Below, one piece after another: positions 1 to 9,730 of a DNA stretch of 64,000 nucleotides (within the stretch, counting starts at the first letter, position 1; every line of letters begins with the position of its first letter). The translations under genes were made by a program, and so were the position numbers. Source of the stretch: Armatimonadota bacterium (GTDB lineage: Bacteria; Armatimonadota; SYMT01); assembly GCA_046292385.1 (NCBI GenBank), contig JBKBRF010000004.1, forward strand, positions 64,001 through 128,000, read 5' to 3'. Under the pieces are notes generated by a model, which saw nothing but the letters and a program-made list of their open reading frames with translations, had not been told where the DNA came from and ran no database searches.

Positions 1-3000
1 TGCTCCGAGTGTCTCCCACGTCGCCGAAGACGATCGCCTGGGTGGGACAGACCTGCTGGCAGGCGGTCAGGATGTCGCCGTCGCGGATGAACCGCTCTTC
101 CTTTTCTGCCTCGATCCGCGCGTTATTGATGCGCTGGATGCAGAAGGTGCACTTCTCCATCACCCCGCGGGCGCGGACGGTCACGTCCGGGTTGCGCATC
201 AGCTCGATCGTCGGAATGAACTGCTCCGAGTACTGCAGGAAGTTGAACCGCCTCACCTTGTAGGGGCAGTTGTTCGAGCAGTAGCGGGTCCCGATACAGC
301 GGTTGTAGGTCATCTCGTTGATGCCTTCCGCGCTGTGGCTCGTCGCTTCCACCGGGCAGACCGGCTCGCACGGCGCGTTCTCGCAATGCATGCACGGCAC
401 GGGCTGGAACGCGAAGTCCGGTGCATTCAGATCGCCGACGAAGTAGTTGTCGATCCGGATCCAATGCATCTCGCGAGACATCAACACCTGGTCTTTGCCC
501 ACCGTGGCGATGTTGTTCTCCGCTTGGCAGGCAATGGTGCAGGCGTTGCAGCCGATGCAGGCATTCAGGTCGATCACCATGCCCCAGGCGGGCGGTAGGT
601 CACCGCCCGTGTAGGAGGGGCCGAACTCCTTCATCGACCACGTGCCAGCCGAGGCCTCGTCCCCCGGCAACTCGGCCGGCTCTCCCGCCGCGTCCCCAGC
701 ACCGTGGTTCGGATCCGGCACGCCGGCGGTCGGCCCCGCCTCGGTCGCCTCAACCCCCTGGGGAACCTGGTCAGACGGCCACATCGGCGGATAGAGCGAG
801 GGATGTGTGTGGTGGTCCGGCATGAACGGCGGGCGCTCGGGATGCTCCCGCAGCTCCCGCTGTGTCCCGCCGACTACGAAGTCGCGCCCTTCCATCCGGA
901 AGTGATGTTGCGCGTTCGCCAGCCGCTCTTCGCCGTCCACGCGGGCAACCTGCGCGCCGGTGAGCACGCCGGGGCTCCCCGAGAGGCGGAGCTGGTAGGC
1001 GTTATAGCCGAGGCCATTGCCGATGCGCCCCGCGCGGGGGCGGCCATAACCGAGGGTCAGAGTGATCGTGTCGTTAGCGTGCCCCGGCGTGATCCAGATC
1101 GGCGCGACCAGCCGGCGGTTCTCATGCACGATCTCGATGAGCCGTCCATTGGCCCGCGCGAGTTCGCTGTAGTCGCCGTCGCCGTCTACCAGGCCCAGTC
1201 TGCGAGCAGTGAGCGGACTGATCTGCGCGGCGTTACCCCAGGTGAGCGAGGTGATCGGCTTCGGCAGCTCCTGGAGCCAGGCATTGTTGGCGTAGGAGCC
1301 GTCCCAGATCATAGGGTCGGGACGGAAGACGATCTCGAGCCCGGTGCCGCCCTCGCTCCCCGCTGCAGCTTCTCCCACAGCGGGCGGGGCTGCCCCCACC
1401 ACCGGTGGTCCGCCGGGCCGGCCGGCGCCCGGAGCGGCGGCGCGTGGGGAGTTGCCGCCGGGCGGGGCGACCGAGATGGGGATCATGCCGCTAACCAGGG
1501 CGCGGTGCCAGAACTGTTCGAACTCGCGATCCTGGCCCCCTGTCGTCACCTGGGCACCCACCGCGGCGCCGGCGGCACGACCGCCTCCATTGAAGCGCCG
1601 CTGCCAGAAGCTGCGGACGATTTCATAGCCGCGCCGCTCCTCGTCCTGCAGCAGCAGGGCCATCAGCTCGATCGGCGACCGACTCGCGTACAGCGGCGTG
1701 ATGAGCGGCTGCAGGATCGTCGGTGTGCCGTCGTAAGCGCGCGCGTCGCCCCATGCTTCCAGCTCGTGGGACTGCGGCAGGTGCCAGTGGCTAAGCACCC
1801 CGGTCTCGTCGTCGAACAGGCCCATGTGGACCCGCGTGGGAACCTTCAGGTAGGTGGCGGGGAAGTCGAGGTCTGCCGGCGCGGTGTAGACCGGATTGCT
1901 GCCGATCACCACCAACGTGTCGACCCGTCCGGCAGCCATGTCGGCCACGAGCTCGGAGAGGGAAGTAGCCGGATCGCCAAAAGCGACCTCGAGCGATGGC
2001 AGGTAGGTAACCGTCGAGTCGACGTTCCCCAGCGCCTGGTTCAGTCGGTGCGCGAGCGCGTGGACTTCCGCCGGGAGGTGTTCGCCCGCCAGGATCAGGC
2101 TGGAGCCGCGGTGGCTGTTCAGGTCCTCGGCGACGGCCCGCACCCAATCGGCGGTCACGCCTTCAGGGAGCGCAGCGCCGGAGGTCACCCCACCCTCGCC
2201 CAGCGCATCCGCAACCGCCTGCGCCACGGCCAGAATTTGGCTCGCCCGCACCGCCACCCGGTGGTCCGCCTTCGCTCCAGTGATGGTGGGGGAGGTTTCG
2301 ACAGCATAGAGCCGGTTCATCTCTCGTACGCCGTCGCGCATCAGCCGACCGCTGATGAACTCGCGGGCGTAGCGGATGCTGCCCGGCTCCTCGTGGAGGA
2401 AGTTGGAGTCCAGCGAGAGCACCCGCTGAGCTCGCTGGAAGTGGTAGACCGGGTGGCGGTCGCCCAGGCCGCGGCGGACATTCTCCGTTCCCACCGGCTC
2501 CCAGGTGTGGATGCGCGCCTGCGGATAGCGGGTTCGGAAGCGGGCGAGTTGCTCCGCCAGCGTCGGCGACGTGAAGCTGCTGATCAGGATACGAAAGCCA
2601 TCGCCGCCTCCAGCGCCCAGCCGTTCAAGCGCCGCGAGCATCGTCGCTTCGAAGCTGTCCCACGTGCCGGCACCGGAGAGCGCGCGCACCGCCTGAGTGC
2701 GGTCCGGATCGTAAAGCGTCAGCAGAGTCGCCTGACCGAATACATCGGTCGAGCCGAGGCTGGCGGGGTGGTCCGGATTGCCTTCCAACTTAGTCGGGCG
2801 GGCCATGTGCGTCTCGCCCAGCAGGCCAATCGCGTACCCGCCGCGGGTGTAGCCGGTGGCGTAGTAGAGCGGCTTGCCCGGGATGATCTCTTCCGGCTGG
2901 TCGACGTAGGGGATGATCCCCTCCGCCGGCTGGTAACCGCAGCCGGAGAGGCTGGCGGCGCCCGCGAGCGCCAGCGTGGCGCCCATCAGGCGGAAGAACT

Positions 3001-3346
3001 CCCGCCGGCTGACCGGCGACATGTCGCGCGGGGCGGCGTGGGGGAACTCCCGCTGCACGTAGTCCTGGAACTCCGGCGTCTCCGCCAGCTCTTCCAGGCT
3101 CTTCCAGTACTGGCGCCCGCGAGTCCCGGACAGCCGCCGGCGGATCTCCGCGTCGTCCAGCGCGGCCGGCTTTCGCCGGAGCCCGTCGAGCGGAATGAAA
3201 TGGGCGGGTGCCGGCGTCTCGCCGTGCCCTCCGCTGTTGTTCTCGCCTCTCATGAATGCTGAGCCCTGTTCTTTTCGGTCGTCCGCGCCGCGTCCACGCG
3301 CCGGGTCCGGTCTCTGGCTGCTGCCGTTGGGGATGGGGTCGACCAT
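1..3346 (-). CDS. actB: Alternative complex III subunit B (Tat-variant molybdopterin-oxidoreductase-like domain fused to 4Fe-4S domain); 3' end runs off the window
   Basis: Not in the ORF track because it has no stop in the window. Manual translation gives YWKSLEELAETPEFQDYVQREFP...SRREFFRLMGA...IIPGKPLYYAT near the start and MTYNRCIGTRYCSNNCPYKVRRFNF near 240-313, both in the same frame. Alternative start ATG at 3253. Directly downstream of actA. Confidence 0.92.
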   Translation of the reverse strand, partial: MVDPIPNGSSQRPDPARGRGADDRKEQGSAFMRGENNSGGHGETPAPAHFIPLDGLRRKPAALDDAEIRRRLSGTRGRQYWKSLEELAETPEFQDYVQREFPHAAPRDMSPVSRREFFRLMGATLALAGAASLSGCGYQPAEGIIPYVDQPEEIIPGKPLYYATGYTRGGYAIGLLGETHMARPTKLEGNPDHPASLGSTDVFGQATLLTLYDPDRTQAVRALSGAGTWDSFEATMLAALERLGAGGGDGFRILISSFTSPTLAEQLARFRTRYPQARIHTWEPVGTENVRRGLGDRHPVYHFQRAQRVLSLDSNFLHEEPGSIRYAREFISGRLMRDGVREMNRLYAVETSPTITGAKADHRVAVRASQILAVAQAVADALGEGGVTSGAALPEGVTADWVRAVAEDLNSHRGSSLILAGEHLPAEVHALAHRLNQALGNVDSTVTYLPSLEVAFGDPATSLSELVADMAAGRVDTLVVIGSNPVYTAPADLDFPATYLKVPTRVHMGLFDDETGVLSHWHLPQSHELEAWGDARAYDGTPTILQPLITPLYASRSPIELMALLLQDEERRGYEIVRSFWQRRFNGGGRAAGAAVGAQVTTGGQDREFEQFWHRALVSGMIPISVAPPGGNSPRAAAPGAGRPGGPPVVGAAPPAVGEAAAGSEGGTGLEIVFRPDPMIWDGSYANNAWLQELPKPITSLTWGNAAQISPLTARRLGLVDGDGDYSELARANGRLIEIVHENRRLVAPIWITPGHANDTITLTLGYGRPRAGRIGNGLGYNAYQLRLSGSPGVLTGAQVARVDGEERLANAQHHFRMEGRDFVVGGTQRELREHPERPPFMPDHHTHPSLYPPMWPSDQVPQGVEATEAGPTAGVPDPNHGAGDAAGEPAELPGDEASAGTWSMKEFGPSYTGGDLPPAWGMVIDLNACIGCNACTIACQAENNIATVGKDQVLMSREMHWIRIDNYFVGDLNAPDFAFQPVPCMHCENAPCEPVCPVEATSHSAEGINEMTYNRCIGTRYCSNNCPYKVRRFNFLQYSEQFIPTIELMRNPDVTVRARGVMEKCTFCIQRINNARIEAEKEERFIRDGDILTACQQVCPTQAIVFGDVGDTRS

Positions 3347-3369
3347 CGTCGGATCTCTCTACGCGGGCG

Positions 3370-4032
3370 CTAGCGGTGACACGTGGAGCAGTTGGTGAGC
3401 TGGAACGTGCCGAGGACGTGGTACTCGTCCATCAGCCGCTTGCCCATCGTCTGCTGGTCCTCTTTTTTCGGCTTCCAGTCGAGCTGGTAGACAAACTCCC
3501 GGGGGCGGAGCGCCTTGGCCGGATTGCGATGGCAGTCGAGGCACCACTTCATCGTGAGGTCCTGTTCTTTCATCGCCAGCGGCTGCCGGTCGACCCGGCC
3601 GTGGCAGGAGACGCAGGAGACGCCCTTCTTCACGTGGATGCTGTGGTCGAAGTAGGCGAAGTCCGGCAGGTCATGCACCCGCACCCACTTGATCGGCTTG
3701 CCCGTGCGGAAGCTCTCCCGCACCAGCTCCAGCTCCGGGCTGTCGCTCCAGAGCTGCGAGTGGCAGGTCATACAGGTGTGCGTGGAGGGCATCCCGGCGG
3801 AAGGCCCCTTGTCGACCGTGGTGTGGCAGTAGCGGCAGTCGATGCCGTCGTCGCCCACGTGGTGGAGATGGCTGAACTCGACCGGCTGCTCCTTCGGCAC
3901 GCCCACTTCCGTGGCGTAGCTCATGTTGGTGAAGTAGCCGACCACGCCCAGGACGGGGACGCCCAGGGCCATACCTACAATACTGAGGCGCGAGATGACG
4001 TTAGTGCTTGGATGGAAGATTTGCGCCATCAA
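3370..4032 (-). CDS. actA: Alternative complex III pentaheme cytochrome c subunit A
   Basis: N-terminal TM helix, QPVEFSHLHH, five CxxCH motifs (CRYCH, CMTCH, CVSCH, CLDCH, CSTCH) and WVRVHDLPDFAYFDHSIH. Confidence 0.92.
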   Translation of the reverse strand: MMAQIFHPSTNVISRLSIVGMALGVPVLGVVGYFTNMSYATEVGVPKEQPVEFSHLHHVGDDGIDCRYCHTTVDKGPSAGMPSTHTCMTCHSQLWSDSPELELVRESFRTGKPIKWVRVHDLPDFAYFDHSIHVKKGVSCVSCHGRVDRQPLAMKEQDLTMKWCLDCHRNPAKALRPREFVYQLDWKPKKEDQQTMGKRLMDEYHVLGTFQLTNCSTCHR

Positions 4033-4075
4033 CCTGCCCTTTCGGCACGGGAGAAACCGGCTTCGCGCTGGTGGT

Positions 4076-5932
4076 TCAAATCAGTGTCGCCCGGTCTACC
4101 GCCATCGCCACGAAGAGCAGCGCCAGGTAGACCATAGAGTACTTGAAGAGGGATCGCGCCCGGTCTCGATCCGGGGAGCGGTAGAGCCGGAAGCTCTGCT
4201 GCAGCAGCACCCCGTTCAACAGCACGGCAATCCCCAGGTAGAGCCAGCCCACGGAAGCGCGGCCCGCATGTCCGGGCAGAACCATCGGGAGGATCGAGAT
4301 AGCCACGGTGAGCAGGGCATACCAGCCGATCTGCACCACCGTGGCGCGGTCTCCGCGGACCACGGGCAGCATCGGCACGCCGGCGCGGGCGTAATCGTCT
4401 TTGATGATCAGCGCCAGCGCCCAGAAGTGGACCGGAGTCCAGAGGAAGATGATTCCGAAGAGGCACCACGCCAGCGGGCTCAGCTCGCCGGAGATGGCGG
4501 CCCAGCCGACCAGCGGCGGGAACGCGCCGGCGGCCCCTCCGATCACGATGTTGTACCAGGTCCGCCGCTTGAGGAGCAGCGTGTAGACCACTACGTAGAA
4601 CGCCAGTCCCGCCAGCGCCAGCACCGCGGTGAGCAGGTTGGCCACCAGCCAGAGCAGGGCGAACGAGCCGACCGCGAGCAGCATGGCGAACTGCAGCGCG
4701 CTGCGCGCGGGGACTGCCTCGGTGACGGTGGGCCGGGTGGCGGTGCGTCCCATGCGGAGGTCGAGGTCCCGCTCCAGCACCATGTTGATCGCGTTCGCCG
4801 CACCGGCCGCCATGTAAAGGCCCGCCGCGACGGCGAGGCAGAGGCCGAAGGTCGGCGTCACCGCCGTCTCCTCGCCCGCGGCGATGAACATCGCGGCGAC
4901 GGTGGTGAGGAGCAGCAGGCTGATCACGCGGGGCTTGGTGAGCGCCAGGTAGTCGCGCCAGCCCGCCTTCTTCATCTCGGGGATTGGCACGCCCGCGGAA
5001 TCGGTCGCCCAGGCGCGGCTCAGCTCCACGCGCTCCACGCCTTCGCCGAGCGCGCCGGCCGACATCAGCACCAGCGCCACCCAGAAGCCGTCCGCCAGCA
5101 GCAGGTGGACGAGCTGCATCCAGACCGGGGCCTTCAGCGCGTAGTTCATCAGCCCGGCGACGAGCTGCGTGGCGTAGAGCAGCACCGCGAGCCGCGCCAT
5201 CTGCTGGACGCGCGGGTCCGGCCGCAGGTGCATCGCCAGCGCGGCGACCAGCACCAGGTAGAGGCCCACGGAGATGGCGAAGAGCGGGTGGTAGATCCGC
5301 AGTGAGACCAGGAAGTGTGCGGAAGGGCTGAACGCATCCGCGTGAGAGGCGTCCGGGAAGACGGTATCGCCGAGCGCGGTGATCGCCCCGCTGATCCCCA
5401 GCAGCAGCGCCACCAGCAGCCCGAAGCCGAGCGCCCACGCCATCGCCCCCTGGCCCTTGAGCCGCATATGGGGAGCGCCGCTCGCCCACCAGGCGGTCAC
5501 GGCGTTGCACATCAGCAGGAAGAAGGTGGTGACCAGGTGCGCGGGCATCACGATGGCGCGCGCCACGGAGACGTCCTTCGCCACCCAGCCGAACAGCACC
5601 AGCCCGGCGCCGATCAGCGCCTCCACGATGGTGAGGAGCAGCACGCCGACCGCTCCGGCGCGCACCGGGTGCTGCTTGGGAAAGGCGCGGAACGCCCACA
5701 CGACCATCGCGATCACGAGCGGCAGCAGCACGCCCGTAGACATGCGGTGCGCAAACTCGATCGCCCTCTTGGCCTGGCCGAGGTCCGGAAGGAGCTGGCC
5801 GTCGCACTGCGGCCAGTGATTGCCGCAGCCGTCGCCACTGAGCGTAGCGCGCACGAACGCGCCGCCCAAGATCACGGCTACGTTGTAGGCCAGGAGTCCC
5901 CAGGTGAATTGATGAAACTGCACTCTCGCCAT
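4076..5932 (-). CDS. ctaA-ctaB: Fused heme A synthase (CtaA/COX15) and heme O synthase (CtaB/CyoE)
   Basis: N-half has GCGNHWPQCDG and EFAHR with conserved His residues. C-half has YLALTKPRVISLL, NMVLERDLDLRMGRTATRP, YTLLLKRRT and FLWTPVHFWALA. Start could be GTG at 5980. Confidence 0.9.
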   Translation of the reverse strand: MARVQFHQFTWGLLAYNVAVILGGAFVRATLSGDGCGNHWPQCDGQLLPDLGQAKRAIEFAHRMSTGVLLPLVIAMVVWAFRAFPKQHPVRAGAVGVLLLTIVEALIGAGLVLFGWVAKDVSVARAIVMPAHLVTTFFLLMCNAVTAWWASGAPHMRLKGQGAMAWALGFGLLVALLLGISGAITALGDTVFPDASHADAFSPSAHFLVSLRIYHPLFAISVGLYLVLVAALAMHLRPDPRVQQMARLAVLLYATQLVAGLMNYALKAPVWMQLVHLLLADGFWVALVLMSAGALGEGVERVELSRAWATDSAGVPIPEMKKAGWRDYLALTKPRVISLLLLTTVAAMFIAAGEETAVTPTFGLCLAVAAGLYMAAGAANAINMVLERDLDLRMGRTATRPTVTEAVPARSALQFAMLLAVGSFALLWLVANLLTAVLALAGLAFYVVVYTLLLKRRTWYNIVIGGAAGAFPPLVGWAAISGELSPLAWCLFGIIFLWTPVHFWALALIIKDDYARAGVPMLPVVRGDRATVVQIGWYALLTVAISILPMVLPGHAGRASVGWLYLGIAVLLNGVLLQQSFRLYRSPDRDRARSLFKYSMVYLALLFVAMAVDRATLI

Positions 5933-6200
5933 CGCTGGAGGGGAAGGACCCGAGGGAGACGCAAGGAGGCCGTCAGGCACGCGGCACAGGGGCTTCGGCG
6001 TCTCGGCAGAGGGCCAGAAGGACGAACCCAGTTTATCACCGCCCCGCTGAATACCCCCGATAATATGTTCTTTCCAATTCAGAAGAGCCGGTTATGAAAC
6101 ACCGGATTGCGTCTCCCTCGCCGCACCTGTGTATCATTGGGCGCCGTTGAGCGGCTGGACCAGGCGGCTCTCCGGAATCATCCCGCCCCTCGTGAGCGTG

Positions 6201-6394
6201 GCTCCTGCTCCTGCTCCCTGCTCTTGCTCCTGCTCGCTGGCGACCGTGGGCTCCGGCACGGCTTCGTAAGCACCTCCGGGTCGCTGGGTGGAGCCGGGAC
6301 CCTAGGCCGAGAGCCGGTGCGGCCTGACGGAGGCATGCTCCAACTCGCGGGTCGCCAGAGAGCAGGAGTAGGAGCAGGAGCAAGAGTAGGAAGC
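6201..6394. repeat. MITE-like element with inverted hexamer-microsatellite arms, (GCTCCT)n ... (AGGAGC)n
   Basis: 6201-6246 gctcctgctcctgctccctgctcttgctcctgctcgctggcgacc is an imperfect reverse complement of 6350-6394 ggtcgccagagagcaggagtaggagcaggagcaagagtaggaagc. Confidence 0.7.
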
Positions 6395-6479
6395 TGCCGT
6401 GCGGGGAGGTGGGGAGGTCCGCTGCGGGCCTGACGGCGTATCTCTACCGGGACCGCGACGCGCGGCCTTCGGAGCAGTT

Positions 6480-7238
6480 ATGGCGAACATCATCGAGGTC
6501 CGGGACCTCGTGAAACAGTACGGGGACGTGACCGCCGTCGATGGGGTCTCGTTCGAGGTGCGAGAGGGGGAGATCTTCGGGCTCCTCGGTCCCAACGGAG
6601 CGGGGAAGACGACGACGCTGGAGGTAGTGGAGACGCTGAAGCCGGCGACCTCCGGCTCGGTGCGCGTGGACGGGTGCGACGCTCGCACGCAGCCGGAGCG
6701 GATCCGGGAGCGGATCGGAATCCAGCTCCAGGCGGCCGGCTTCTACCCGTACCTCACCCTCAGCGAGCTCCTGGAGATGTTCGGGGTGATGTACGGCGTG
6801 CCGGTGCAGCCGAAGGAGCTGCTGAAGCGGTTCGACCTCTCCGACAAGGAGGGCGTCCCGTTCAAGAAGCTCTCCGGCGGGCAGCAGCAGCGGTTCTCCC
6901 TCGCCACCACCCTGGTGAACCGGCCGAGGGTCGTCTTTCTCGACGAGCCGACCACCGGCCTCGATCCCCAGGCCCGCCTGAACCTGTGGGAGGTGATCCG
7001 CTCCGTTCGGGAGCAGGGAGTAACCGTGGTGCTGACCACGCATTACATGGAAGAGGCGGAGCAGCTCTGCGACCGGCTGGCGGTGATGGACCGCGGCCGG
7101 ATCATCGCCGAAGGCACTCCCGCCGGGCTGATTCAGGAGCTGCTCGCCACCGGCTTCCGCCGCCCCGTGGAGGTGCGCGAGGCGACGCTGGAGGACGTCT
7201 TCCTCCACCTCACCGGAAGGCAGCTCCGCGATGCATAA
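6480..7238 (+). CDS. ABC-2 type exporter ATP-binding protein
   Basis: Walker [10 protein letters not shown], signature LSGGQQQR, Walker B VFLDEPTTGLDP, H-loop LTTH. Confidence 0.93.
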   Translation: MANIIEVRDLVKQYGDVTAVDGVSFEVREGEIFGLLGPNGAGKTTTLEVVETLKPATSGSVRVDGCDARTQPERIRERIGIQLQAAGFYPYLTLSELLEMFGVMYGVPVQPKELLKRFDLSDKEGVPFKKLSGGQQQRFSLATTLVNRPRVVFLDEPTTGLDPQARLNLWEVIRSVREQGVTVVLTTHYMEEAEQLCDRLAVMDRGRIIAEGTPAGLIQELLATGFRRPVEVREATLEDVFLHLTGRQLRDA

Positions 7239-8316
7239 GTCCGCGCCCAGCCAGCTCCGGATCGGCCTGGGGCTGACCCGCTTCGCCATCCGGGCCACGC
7301 TCCGGAACAAGACCGGCTACTTCTTCAGCCTCGTCTTCCCGCTCGTCTTCGTCCTCGTCTTCGGTCTCCTCAGCGACACGCGCTCGGTCCTGAAGATCGG
7401 CGTCTCGGACCGCCTGCCGGAAGGGCACCCGGTGGTCGCCGCGCTTCAGGCTGACCCTTCCGTCTCCGAGGGGGAGGTGGCGCTGCAGCGCTCCGCGGAC
7501 GCGGTGCTGGAGAAACAGCTCCGGGAGGGCAAGATCGCCGCCCTGCTGGTTCCCGCGGCGGAAGACAGCGCGAGCATCGGCGTGACCACCTCCCAGAACG
7601 CGGGTCAGCAGGCGCTGACCGCCGGCGCGCTGGTGCAGGTGGCCGCCGACCGGGCTCGCCGCGGAGCCGACGCCGAGCGCGTGGAGCGGCGGCAGCTTCC
7701 GGGCCGGCAGTACCGGCACATCGACTACGTCCTCCCGGGGCAGATCGGCTTCTCCATCCTGGCGCTGGCGACCTTCGGCATCGGCTACAACCTGCTCACG
7801 CTGCGGAAGACGCTGGTGCTGAAGCGGATGTTCGCCACCTCGGCCCGTCCCCTCACTTTCCTGGTGGCGCAGGGTCTGAGCCGCACGCTGCAAGGGGTGC
7901 TGCAGACGGCGATCCTGATCGCCGTCGGCGCCGGCCTCTTCCACGCCACCCTGGCGCACGGCTGGACGACCGCCGCCACGATGACGCTGCTCTCCGCCGT
8001 GGGGCTGTTGTCGTTCCTCGGCTTTGGGATCGTCGGCGCCAACCTCTCGGACGACGAGCACGTCGTCTCGATGGCGCTCAACCTCTTCCACCTGCCGCAG
8101 GTGCTGGTCGCCGGCGTCTTCTTCCCCAGCGACGCCCTCCCCGGCTGGGTGCAGGCGGTGGGGAACCACCTGCCGCTTGCCTACCTGAACACGTCGCTCC
8201 GGATGGCGGCGCTGGACGGCGCGGGCCTGGCGCAGGTGGCGCCGTACCTGGCAGGCCTCGGCGCCTGGGCGGTGCTGGCCTACTGGATGGCGGCGCGCAC
8301 CTTCCGCGCGGAGTAG
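7231..8316 (+). CDS. ABC-2 type exporter permease
   Basis: Overlaps the ATPase stop. One N-terminal TM, an extracellular loop, YIDYVLPG-like motif and about five C-terminal TMs with GVFFPSDALPGW. Confidence 0.88.
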   Translation: MHKSAPSQLRIGLGLTRFAIRATLRNKTGYFFSLVFPLVFVLVFGLLSDTRSVLKIGVSDRLPEGHPVVAALQADPSVSEGEVALQRSADAVLEKQLREGKIAALLVPAAEDSASIGVTTSQNAGQQALTAGALVQVAADRARRGADAERVERRQLPGRQYRHIDYVLPGQIGFSILALATFGIGYNLLTLRKTLVLKRMFATSARPLTFLVAQGLSRTLQGVLQTAILIAVGAGLFHATLAHGWTTAATMTLLSAVGLLSFLGFGIVGANLSDDEHVVSMALNLFHLPQVLVAGVFFPSDALPGWVQAVGNHLPLAYLNTSLRMAALDGAGLAQVAPYLAGLGAWAVLAYWMAARTFRAE

Positions 8317-8408
8317 AGTCGGGCTTTCACGACAGCGAGAGCCCGGCCGCAGCGGAGAGAGCGGGAGCGCCGGCCACCTGGGAACGCCGCGGGCCGGGTC
8401 CGCCGCTC

Positions 8409-8444
8409 ACCAGAGCGCCAGCGCCACGCCGCCCCAGCTCCAGC
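8409..8444. repeat. Left copy of 36-bp direct repeat bounding the Rhs island
   Basis: accagagcgccagcgccacgccgccccagctccagc matches 13430-13465 with one mismatch. Confidence 0.85.
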
Positions 8445-8640
8445 GCCACTGGTCCGGGGTGCACTCCCGCACCCCCGGCTTCCCGAGGCCGTGCGCGGAG
8501 GGGTCCCACACCCGCACCCACTGCGAGCTGATGTCCTCCACCAGCACCAGGTGCCCCGGCGAGACGAGCGCCACCACGTAGGGAAGGTCGGAGTGCGGAG
8601 TCCGAACCCGGGGAACGAGCCTGGCCGCTACGATTCTGGC

Positions 8641-8668
8641 TAGACCCTGTACCCTGGACCCTAGACCC
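8641..8668. repeat. 4x imperfect heptamer (TRKACCC) inside the C39-like gene
   Basis: tagaccc tgtaccc tggaccc tagaccc. Confidence 0.85.
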
Positions 8669-9730
8669 TTCCAAATCGCCGCGGCCCTGCATCACGGCGA
8701 CCAGCCCGTCCCACGAGAGCTGCAGCCCCTTCGCCTGCAGCCCGTGCCGGCGCGCGCCTGCCGCCAGCGACTTCAGCGTCGTCCCCAGGTGCGTGGTCCC
8801 GAGCTCCTTCGCCAGTTCCTCGACCGTCGGTACGGCCGCGCTCTCCCCGGACCGGCGGCGCAGCAGCTCCGCGAGCACCTCCGGCGCGCAGAGGCTGCGC
8901 TCGCGCTCGCGCGCCTGTTCCCGCGCCTGGGCGGTGCGGGTCGCCTGCTGGTAGGCGGTCTCGACTTCCTTCGGGACGTGGTCGCCGTGCAGCTTCACGA
9001 GCCGGCGGGCGGCGGCGTGGACCAGCGGGCTCTCCGGGAAGTCGCGCAGGAACTGCATGAACTCCGCCCTGGCAGCGTCCTTCTCCCCCAGCGCGGCGGT
9101 CAGGACCGCGTGCTGGTACGCGGCGTCTTCTTCGAGCGTCGGCTCGGTGCTGCGCTCGTTCGGCTGAGCTTGGCCGGCGGAAGGCGACTTCTCGGCGGGT
9201 TGTAGCGTCCAGGGCTGGGATTTGGCTTCCAAGCAGAGCTTGGCAAACTCCTGGCGGGCTTCCCGAAAGTTCTGGCGGCGTGCGGCGGAAAATGCGGACA
9301 CCCAGCGTGCCTGCGCACGCTCTTGCGGGGACGCTTCCGCTCGGCTCAGCAGTGTTTTGGACTCTGCTTCAGCTTCGTCGTACTGGCCGGCGAAATAGGA
9401 TGAAACCGGCTTTGCTGCTTCAACGGTTGCTTGGGTGGCGGCGCCCTGACTAGCCATATGCCGCTGACTGATCGCTCTGTCCAGACCTGACGCCGTGAGA
9501 CGTGTTCGGGTGAAGTTTGATGCTGACTGCCGAGCAAGCCAAGCTCCGCCAATGATTCCTATCGCAAGCAGCGTTGGCAGCAGAAACTTTGATCCAGGAA
9601 AGAAACTTCGCTTTCTAGGCGGTGAATCCTGCTCGTCCATCGCTTGCTCCCACACCTGGCTCTAAGTTAACAACACGCTCTAGAGAATCGTCCATGGACC
9701 AGACGCCCAATCAAAAACACCGATTATCAG

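Larger units (their letters stand above)
8407..9640 (-). pseudogene. Membrane-anchored TPR + C39-like cysteine peptidase protein, frameshifted at a heptamer repeat (possibly phase-variable)
   Basis: Frame 1 from ATG 9640 gives a TM helix, TPR/BamD-like helices (EFMQFLRDFPESPL), SLCAPEVL and GTTLKSLAAGARRHGL. The rest of the domain, PYVVALVSPGHLVLVEDISSQWVRVWDP...WSWGGVALALW*, is in another frame ending at TGA 8407-8409. Confidence 0.75.

Noticed and set aside
704..3262. 852-aa plus-strand ORF, and similar long antisense ORFs (13751-15778, 29115-31337, 39334-41859, 45481-47475, 51787-53160)
   Set aside because: These are antisense shadows of real genes caused by high-GC codon bias. The opposite strand carries recognisable conserved motifs.
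8327..8580. C-terminal Gly/Ala/Arg-rich tail of the 442-aa ORF as given in the ORF track
   Set aside because: It is out-of-frame read-through. The alternative frame encodes the His/Asp half of a C39-like domain ending at 8407.
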